Of a stretch of 64,000 bases of DNA, positions 54,463-64,000 are shown in pieces. The translations under genes and the position numbers were made by a program. Each line of letters opens with the position of its first letter. Within the stretch, counting starts at the first letter, position 1. Source of the DNA: Chrysomallon squamiferum. Taxonomy: Eukaryota; Animalia; Mollusca. The notes beneath the pieces are model-generated. The model was not told where the DNA came from. It saw only the letters and a program-made list of their open reading frames with translations, and did no database searches. The stretch spans positions 32,116,001-32,180,000 of the forward strand of contig CM022665.1 in NCBI GenBank assembly GCA_012295275.1. Reading direction: 5' to 3'.

Positions 54463-55206
54463 CTCTAATTTGACTTAGGCATGGTCTTATAGAGCATGAC
54501 GTCATAGGTGAATTAAATGTTTTGAAAACATTTATAGTGACTCATTTATATTCTAGGACTTTAATTAATATTTGACGAATCGGCATGAGAAATAAGGTTA
54601 CACCTGCCTGAAGATGATGGACTGCATTTGGAGAAAACCATCTGAAATGAGCGTAAAATGGGGGGGGGGAGATTAAAAAAACAACAACAACAAAAAGCCC
54701 ACAGATAATATGCGGGGAATATGCATGACTGCTTAACTAATAGGACTTAATGAAAGCATTAAATATAAATTCATTTTTAAATGATTAATTTTGAATATTA
54801 TTTTGTTCATAAATTATTAACCTTAATTTTTTTTTTTGTTTTTTTTTTGTTTGATAATATTACACGCAACTGGAGTTTGCTATAATAGTTTTGTTTATGA
54901 AGTTTTAAGCTTATATATTAATATGTTTAAATCTCACTGTAGCTCTTTCTATTATAAGTAGACAAAAGCCCATGTGCTTGAAATAAACTGAGTTTGATGT
55001 AAATAGTCTTCTCGCTTATATCTATACAGCATTCACGATTATTAATTCATAACTGTCAACACCTATTGCATTAGATCTTGTTCCAGGTCTTTTGAATCGG
55101 TTTTGAACAGATATTAAGGTTTAGAGGATTATGCGGCCGAACAATTATACTATAATGATGTTTAATAATATTTTTCGAGTCTTCCCTAGAACTATTCCTG
55201 AACTTA

Positions 55207-55237
<31 letters not shown>

Positions 55238-55958
55238 ACCAAGGTTGAAAAAAAAAGAAGAAGAAAATTAATATTAACATTCTCAAAAAAAAAAAAAAAA
55301 AAAAATCCCCAGCAACCATCCATAGTCACCAGTTTGATACACAATATGTTGCCAAGAGCGGTTCCAGAGCTTATTAAGCTTTCTAGTCGCACAAATCCAT
55401 GAATAAAAAAAAAAAAATTTAAACGTTGCCCAGTGCATAGTCTCGGGCAGTTTAAACAATGGCAAATCATTTATTCTCCAGAAATTTTCCAAACGTCAAC
55501 CTTTATAATTATACAGTACAGTTTCATGCCTTGATTATTTCTCATTGTCAACGTTTACATCCAGAGGGCGTCAGTCCTCCCACAAGTAATACAGCTATAA
55601 AATTAGCTCCCGCGATCAATTGCTGAACAAACAAAACAAAGACATATCTTCATTGCTGCATTGTTCAATTCTCTATTTTCATCCAAATGTATTCTTTTCT
55701 AATGGTATCAGGCTTTCGCAGGAATCAATACTTTCGTCCAATATCAGAATAAACTCCAGCTGCGCATGTCGGAAGCTTCCTTAAAGATTCTGTCGTGGTG
55801 AGCATTATTTTTGTCGTTTCAAAATCCCACACGGACAGGAAGACTCGGAGAGTGACCAAAGAAAATGTCATATTCTCCGTTGTTGATGGGAATGAAATCA
55901 ACTTGTTGTGCTGTTTGTTACACCGGCTACTTGGAACTTGTTTAAATTAAGGTCGACC

Positions 55959-57413
55959 ATGTTTCGCTTGCTGGATTCCACAGAATTCAACGAGTGGTGG
56001 TCTTGCTTGCAATCGAAACTGAAGTGTATTGCCCCTAGTGCCTTGAAACTAATTTGGTAAGTGGCCCTGTTGTTGCTGTAGTATTGTTTTTAAATGTATT
56101 TAAATAGCATACTTATTCGTGCAATATTATGAACTGTTCTGTTTTATATGTGGGGGCAATAATGGATCCGGTCCGAAAACCATGAAATAACAAATTATTA
56201 GATGAACGTTATTTTCTAAACAAACATGCTTTCTATTAAGCATGCGACCACTGGGGAAAACAGAAAACATTTCGTTGCAATTGTACCGAATTAATCGCAC
56301 GAATGAAATTATTGCCACCATCATGAACGACGCACTGTTATTTAATAAAGACAAAAATTAGATTAAGTTACAGTAAACTCAGTCATAAGTTAAAATAAAC
56401 TCAATCACAATTTATGGTAGAGTTCATGTAGATATTTAAAAAAAAATAGACTCTTATTAACAATACTGTATTAATAAAATGTCAGAGCGCAAACCAAACA
56501 CTTATCATCGTGAAAAAAATCGTTGATCTCTGATAACTAAGGCCAAGGTCAACGATTTTCCAATGTCCACTAATCAAAGACAGTATTAATGAACATTTCA
56601 CAGTGTTCATTTAGCCATGTCTGCTATCAATAATTGAGTCCACACTGACTAATAACAGAATTTAGTTTTCTCAACTACACCGTTAAACAGGCCCTAGAAT
56701 TTTTTTTAGCTTTTCTGTTAAGGATTTGTTCATAAAAGCTTCAGCTGTTTTCGTCTTTAATACAAGCATGCATTATGAAATAGTAGAGTTTATTTTTTAA
56801 TTGTATGTGAAATAGTGTTATTTTACACATATACTGTAACAATGATCCAGAGCAAGTAAGGGTTGAATGGATATACATTTATAGAAAAATCAGCAGATTT
56901 GTCAAATACGGCCAGTTAGATATTAAATAAAATTTAACGATAATGTAATGTAAGAAATCTGCACATACACCAGGCTTCAACCTCAGACCAGTCGTAATGC
57001 AACCCGACATTGTATCGAAGATTAAACCAGGGCAGCTGGATACATTACTTTTAATTTAAATTATTACTGCGCTAAACCACAGAATAAATAAATAAATAAC
57101 TAAAATGTATTTTGATTTGAAAGCTACGAGTCAAAAATATTCCTCGATTTTCCTGCCTTAAATTCAGAAAATAATGCTTGATTTTGTCCTAGAAGATTTA
57201 CTGCCTGAAACGTATAATTAAATTACTTTATCGTCAAGGGACTAATGAATGTCTTATTGTTAAATCAGTTAATAAAATTGTATAAATCATCCATTTTACA
57301 ATGACATTTATGTCTAATAACTATTTATTTTTCTATCAAGGTGGCTGAATTTCGTTTGTTGTTAAATAAGCATCGTAAAAAAACATAATAATAGATCTGT
57401 ATGCTTTTGTATT

Positions 57414-57487
<74 letters not shown>

Positions 57488-58523
57488 TACATACGTGTCT
57501 ATGAATGTACGAATATATGTATGCTTAAACAAGCATACCAATATGTGTCTCTTTACATGATTTATAAAAAGAAAAAAGAACTGAATGTGTCAGATAATTG
57601 AATAGAAATATTAAATTTTATTACCTCTCAGATATTGTTATTATTATTTTTTTTTAAATTCTACTTCATTTACAGTAATTATAAAATAATTATGAAATAT
57701 TCGATATATATTTAACATTATTTCATCTTACTAAAATATATTTCGCAAATAATCACAACTGTTATCTGCTATTCCAAAATACTGACATCTTAATTATAAA
57801 ATAGGTTCTATATATTGATGAATCAAATCATGTTACAAATACTGTTGGTGCTGACTATTGATCTGGTATTCATTAAGAACGTACAAGAGTAAATAAATGT
57901 AAATCTGAAAGAATGTAAATGAATAAACCCACCACAGCAGTGAACAGTTCCCACACCTTGTCAATCACAAGAGTGCACGTACCAAGTCTTTTCATTCATG
58001 TACGTGCAAAACCGAAGAACCTGCTGAGGAAACCATGCCGGTAAATGATCTTTTAACAACGTTATCCAAGGCTTTCAGTTTTTCATGTCGTCTGTAATCA
58101 CTTTAGCTTTTGGCACGACAAATATTTAACAGATGTCGACAACCGCTTTATGTCTGTCGTAATTTACTAACATGATATTATTGTTTTGAACAAACATTTT
58201 CTTTTAGCTTAATGCGTTATTACACAAGACAAAATCAGACTACGAATATTATCGATTTTCAACTGAATGCCTTGCTTATTTTTCTTTTTCCTTTTTACCT
58301 TATAATGAGATTTTTCGGCTAACGTTCAGAAAATAACATTGACGGATGTCTTCCCACTTAGTACAATTCTGGGGAAGAGCAGAATATAATGTCCCTGGAG
58401 GAATCGTTCTCTTGAATATTGTAAAATATAAAAGAAATTGTTGAGGCGTGCTAGTTATTTTCATTATAATATATGTCACAATGAAATAACGTTTTAATAA
58501 AGGTTGTATGATTTGAATCGCAT

Positions 58524-58597
<74 letters not shown>

Positions 58598-59977
58598 AAA
58601 GCTCGTCTCCACTTCTAGTTATTGTACCCAAAACTTCAGCTTCCCAGGCAGACTTAATACAAATCTTAATAATTTGGCAGTTTGGATGAAATATAAATTG
58701 CTTACAACGACATCGCGGCAGTACTAAAATTACCCCTGTTTCATAAACACTGTTAGTGTATAATCTCAGATTTAGTATTGATTCATATCAAATGGTTTGG
58801 ACTCGGTGCTAGTCAAAAGCCCTCATAACCCGAGCAAAATTTATCCATCATTCTTTGGTAGCAAAAAACAGAGGAAATGAAATGTCAATAGCCTAATAAT
58901 ATTGCACAAAGTGGTTTTCGTCATGGATTGCTATACCCTTTTATACTGAAGAAAGTAACTAGCTGTACGTAACAACGTAGAATTCCGTTTAAAGAATAGC
59001 TGAGTCGCTGGATAATTGGTCTTTACGCAGGATATTTTGATGAGATCAAAACTGTGGAAGCAGACTGCGGTCCAAGATGATTAAATTAAATATGAGATTA
59101 TCTCACTCTTCCAGCAGCCAAAGTTTTACTTGTATTCCATTACAGTCTGATGTAATAACGACGTTGTTTGAACCTACGAAACAGAAAATGATTAAATTAT
59201 ATTTGGGATTATGTCACATTTCCCTCAAGTTCCAAGATGCACAAATCATGTATAAGACACTGATGAACACCGATTAAGCAGTTACTAAATTTCGTACTAA
59301 ATCTTCTTAAAACAGAATGAAAAAAATAAAATATATTTGACAGAGTAATTACAGGTTTCTGTAGATGATAAATATTAATGTTTTAAAAGACATGACTGAA
59401 AAATAAATTCAACAACTAGAAATATTAATAGAGAATATACAATAACTTTTAGTGATAGAAAACAACAACGAATAAAAAAAAAATTTTAAAAGAAAAAGTA
59501 AGAAGGTATGAAAGATAAAATTCCTTTTTACTTCTTTTTTTCATATATATATATATATATATAAATGTAGAGGAATCGAAGTTTTTTAAATCAAATGTAA
59601 TAAAAATAAAAATGAAGAAGAAGAACAAGTAAACAGCAGACAAAAGTAGAGAAAGAAGAAAAAGTCTTCGTTTCAATATTTTTGTGAAATCCAGCTAGTA
59701 ACAAGTTTTCGTGATGAAAATATCCAAAGGCTATATTGGCAGAAATTCCGTTGTTGTATTGACAATGTGCTAAATGAATGTGAAGCTAATGCATCAACTG
59801 AATTTGATGGTATATGAAAACTGCCGAGATATCTCGAATATTCGACTACGATGTTGGTAGTGGTTGTTGATTTGGTATTCATTTAATATACATGTACCAT
59901 ATATATCTCATCTATAATCTTCTATAAGACGAAAAGGAATTGGGCAGATGTTTGTAGGATATAGACACATAGGACGT

Positions 59978-60067
<90 letters not shown>

Positions 60068-62478
60068 ATTAAGTATTATGCCTTGCTTGTCAATATGCTG
60101 TTTTTCATTACCTTCATAAAAATAATAATAATAATTAATAAATAAACAACAAATTCCTCAGTGACTAGAATAACTGAATGTTTTGTTATTCATGTTATAT
60201 TGTTGACAAGCTTTCAGATTTGCTGTCTGTCTGTGTATTAAAATACCGTATCCGGATCATATACTCTTTGTTGCTCAAGAACTTGTCATTCGACAGTTCT
60301 CCATGTAAATTTACTCTTAGTTTTAGCAAACCAAAACGTCTCAATCCGGATATGCTGAAAAATATAGCTGTCCGAATCAAAACGTATTTAGTGCTTCAGA
60401 TCTTGACAAAGGACTTTTTCTATACCTTTAGCAGTTTTATTTTTAGATGTTTATCAGTTACATTTCTTCGAAACCACTAACAGTTTTAGCCTGAAGTGAA
60501 AAATCGTAGCTCACGTAATTATCGTGATGGTGTATACATAGCAGATTATCAGAATAGTGTTATTAACCCGTGTAACGTCGAAACTGAGGATTGTAAAAAA
60601 AAAAAAAAAAAAATCTATCAAACAACGTTATAAAGGTCATGTCTAGAAAATGCCTAACAAATAACCGACCAGACAGAACACTAAACTTTTGTATGTAATC
60701 ATAATTAGCTGAATACAGCTCTTTGAATTTAAGAATATGGGCGACATTGGTCAACATCTATACTCATTTCCGAAATGTGTAGATAACCAGGCATACATCT
60801 ATAACGTAATAGGAATCATATGTTTCTATAGCAACTGTTAATTTCCATGGAGTATCATGCTATGGTGCAGACGTCCGTGTCGTTTTCAGACGGTTTCCGC
60901 CAGCTTAAACTGTCATATATTGTACTTGCAGGAATCTGCATGATATCTCCAAGCAAAATTACAATAGTAAAACAACAGCAAGGTTTTTCGTAGCTGGTCT
61001 TAATAAATGACCTTGAAGAGAATAATTTTCAGTTGCTTAATGCAATGAAATTTGTTCTTAACAAACTATGAAATAACTGTTAATTGTCTAATAATGGTTA
61101 TTTGAAATTTTGACTAATATTCACTATTTGTTCTTGTAAGAAAATGTAATTTGATCAGTGTAGGATTCAGCGTAATAAAGAGTTCGCCTTTACTGTATAG
61201 AACAGGCCTAGTTTCTGTAAAATTTACTTTTTATAGTATTTCTTTGACCATTATTATTATTAATAGAAATATTCTTGGCTTTTGGGGGGTTTAAAATTTC
61301 TTTTGTCTTGGTTTACTGTTCGAATGAAACTCTGAATCTGTGAAGTATATGATTTATCATCAAAGCTGCATTTAGTGACCTGTTTCTTGGATACCTTAAC
61401 TTATTGGTAAAATAAAGAATCCAGAGCTTGGAAATGCGATTTACATAGAAATTAAAAATACAACAACAATGTAAAAAAAAAAAATAAAAAAAAAAAGCAC
61501 TTTCAGGAAAATCAAAAATGAAAACCAGTACATCTGTAGCTTGAAAAATATAAACTAATGTATTAAAAACTCGCTGGACATTGTTCAGTTATTAAATATC
61601 GTATTTTTGTTTTTCAGTTAGACGCCAGTCCGAGACTATTTATGTGTTTTAACAAAACAGTAAGCAGAGAAAACTGCTTTAATTACTTTTTCACTGTGTG
61701 AGAAAATAACCCAGTATAAACTGATTATAAAGTAACTGATGTGGCAGTAATGTTTTATAATTAATTCATTTGTAACCATTGTATATTACGTTACTATTTT
61801 TTCATACACTGCTTTGCAAAATAACATGATGTTTTAATTATGATAATGGAAGTAAAAACAACAATATCGTTGCATTAAATCTATGCTTAAAATATTTTAG
61901 ATATTTCTTTTATGGAACAAAATGACTAAAATTGCATCTCTGTAAGCCTTAGGGTAGATTTTCACGTCTACAACAATATAATTATCCACGGATACTAACT
62001 GCGATTCAGAACACTAATTAATAAATCGATCTTTCAGAAATAAATATAATTGTATAATACTGTGCTAACAGCTATAACTGTGTTTTACACTGTACACCTA
62101 AATCTCCATTCATTACAGTCACTGATTTGTGAATACGAACGAACGTCTCTTTTACAGAACGTCATTCACTCTCTCCTTTCCTTTGTATTTTTCTCTCTGT
62201 CTCTGCTCCTCACCCTCAGTCTGTTTACCTGTCTGTATCTCTGTCAGTCTGTCTGTCTGTCATTCAGCACAGGCAGTAAAATTAATTTTAGTGCATTAGA
62301 TAATACAAATAAAAATCAGCAGAATTTATACACATTTATTTACATTTTGTAACTATCGGTTATTAGGCATGGCATTAGTGACTTTTCTTAATAATGGTAT
62401 TTAATGAAATCTGTAAACATGTTATGGACTACCCCGAGTTTTTATAATTAGCAACAAAGGATTTTTTAATGATCATTT

Positions 62479-62576
<98 letters not shown>

Positions 62577-63451
62577 CAGTCGATCCTACATCACTGACTT
62601 CTCTGCTTAAGATCTGTGTTATCAGATAAATAAAATTAATACTGTATATGTTAAATTCGATTCGAAATATTTTATAACTTAAAGCTGACTTTTTGTTTTC
62701 AGTGTGCTTTTTTCGATCGTTGGAATCGGCGCCACTTTTCGATGGATTCTTTCAGCGGAATCACCGTCAGCCAATATCGAATCGGTGTGCACGGCATCGT
62801 CAAAAGAAGGGTGCCCTTGGCAACACGTTTTATCAGATCTTGCCAATCGCCTGCAGCTCCTGGAAATGGCTTTTAAGGAACAAGTGATTGCGCGCGAATT
62901 CATCGCTAAAGAAGTAATCAACCAATCAGACGTGAACTCTCAGCTGAACCAGAAGTTAGAACTTTTTCTAGAAAAAATGGAATATTTGGCCAACAAGTAT
63001 CGTGTTTTAGAGATACGCATTGAAGAGGTGACTGCCAGAATTCATTCAGATGGTAAGAGACCCGTTGATTTTGTTATTTTTGTTATTGTTTTTCTTGTTG
63101 TTGCTGTAAATAGCAGTGGACAAAGCTATAGTATATATATATTTATTTATTTATTTATTTATTCATTTATTTATTTATTGCAGTGAAAGATGTGATCTAC
63201 TTTTTAAAGTGAAAAATTACTTGTGGAGAGAGAGGTAAAGAAGACATTTCAGATAATATATTTTTTTCATATTTTTTGTTTCAGAATCTCTTGGTTTTCT
63301 TGTTTTGGTGCTTATCATGATAGAAATAATGGTACGGCTGGAACCAAAAGTTAGGAGGCTTGTATTGCCTTGGCGAACACCACCACCAAAAGAGAATGAG
63401 GAAAAACCAGTGGATTTGCCACAGGAACAAAATATTTCAACCATGTCAAAG
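55959..63451 (+). CDS. Uncharacterised membrane protein (TM - coiled coil - TM - Pro-rich), 3'-incomplete; exons 55959-56056, 62703-63052, 63285-63451
   Basis: ATG in GACCATGT context. Exon 1 ends TG|GTAAGT (phase 2) and joins tttcAG|T GTG to read ...ALKLICVLFSIVGIGATFRWIL. Exon 2 ends GAT G|GTAAGA and joins tttcAG|AA TCT to read ESLGFLVLVLIMIEIMVRLEPK. Exon 3 ends AAG|GTTTGT. Heptad segment LANRLQLLEMAFKEQ...LEKMEYLANKYRVLEIRIEEV. No family recognised. Confidence 0.75.
57415..57485. repeat. (CT)n microsatellite
   Basis: Perfect run of about 35 units. Confidence 0.98.
58526..58590. repeat. (TC)n microsatellite
   Basis: Perfect run of about 32 units. Confidence 0.98.
59980..60063. repeat. 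(GA)n microsatellite
   Basis: Perfect run of about 42 units. Confidence 0.98.
62482..62574. repeat. Compound (CA)n(GA)n microsatellite
   Basis: CA run 62482-62523 followed by AG run 62523-62574. Confidence 0.98.
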
Positions 63452-63612
63452 GTTTGTAAAAACAATGGAAAAATTTCAAGTTTAATTCACAAAATAGAAT
63501 AAAAGATAATTATATCGATGTTATTTCTAAAATTGAGACAGAATAACTAAAGCTGTAACAAATTTTAATTTACATTTCTGTGGTTTTGTTTTAATGATAG
63601 AAAATAGTACTA

Positions 63613-64000
63613 TAGGGTCATTCCGTGTCAAATCACCCAATGGTTTAAACCTGACCGTCTCAGATTTTTATGAAACTTATGATCCCACAGTACCAAATCT
63701 GAAATTTTAGCCCAATCAGACCAGTGGTGTGGGAGATACAGCCAACCGAATTTTGAGATTTTTGCCAAAAATGGATGTGACCACCAACCTTAGAACCCTC
63801 ATATCTCAGCAACTACTGGGCCAATCTTCATAAAATTGGTATTGTTAGAAAGGCAAAATGACAAGGATTCCAAATCTGCCATTTTTGTTTAGTTTGGAAA
63901 ATATTGGAGTACCTTGACCTTTTGACCTTTGCTATGACCTTGAAATTGACCGTGTGGATCACGTGATCTTGAGATGACCTTTAATGAAATTTAATCTCCC
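63613..64000. mobile_element. Non-autonomous interspersed element running off the right edge
   Basis: Sharp composition change at TAGGGTCATTCC. Contains GATTTTTATGAAACTT, CCAATCTTCATAAAATTGG and clustered TGACCTT motifs that I recall from molluscan non-autonomous DNA/Helentron-derived repeats. The other end is not visible. Confidence 0.5.

Noticed and set aside
58300-58689. ORFs with RERERE / SLSLSL runs (also 57401-57601, 59948-60145)
   Set aside because: Translations of dinucleotide microsatellites.
60178-60480. 100-aa intronic ORF
   Set aside because: No domain similarity and no convincing donor giving a phase-compatible exon.
1-64000. tRNA, rRNA, snRNA or prokaryotic/phage systems
   Set aside because: No cloverleaf, Pol III box pair, rRNA signature or operon-like ORF density was seen by eye. 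tRNAscan-SE and Infernal were not run.

Overview
AT-rich (roughly 30% GC by eye) intron-containing animal genomic DNA, most likely a mollusc. The gastropod assignment rests on recalled repeat families and is inference. I assembled four protein-coding loci by hand from GT-AG sites and reading-phase matching. (1) A 10-coding-exon atypical E2F (E2F7/8) on + at 33249-39001, 939 aa, with two winged-helix DNA-binding domains. (2) Divergent from it, a minus-strand gene whose first coding exon is 28525-28614 and whose first intron covers the left 28.5 kb. It is probably neuron navigator (NAV/unc-53/sickie), judged from exon phase and vertebrate E2F7-NAV3 / E2F8-NAV2 synteny, with candidate alternative N-terminal exons at 3046-3117 and 1937-2005. 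(3) A 3-exon secreted fibrinogen-related protein at 50190-54462, 479 aa, with an unusual Asp/Tyr block, (RQTYPP)n block, CxC, coiled coil and a divergent FBG domain. (4) An unidentified TM-coiled coil-TM membrane protein starting at 55959 and running off the right end. The rest is introns and intergenic DNA with microsatellites, several decayed minisatellite arrays, a deleted Tc1 element carrying a nested hAT-type MITE, other MITEs, and sharp CpG-poor/CpG-retaining domains typical of mosaic gene-body methylation. No tRNA, rRNA or CRISPR array was seen, and most short ORFs in the track are low-complexity artefacts.
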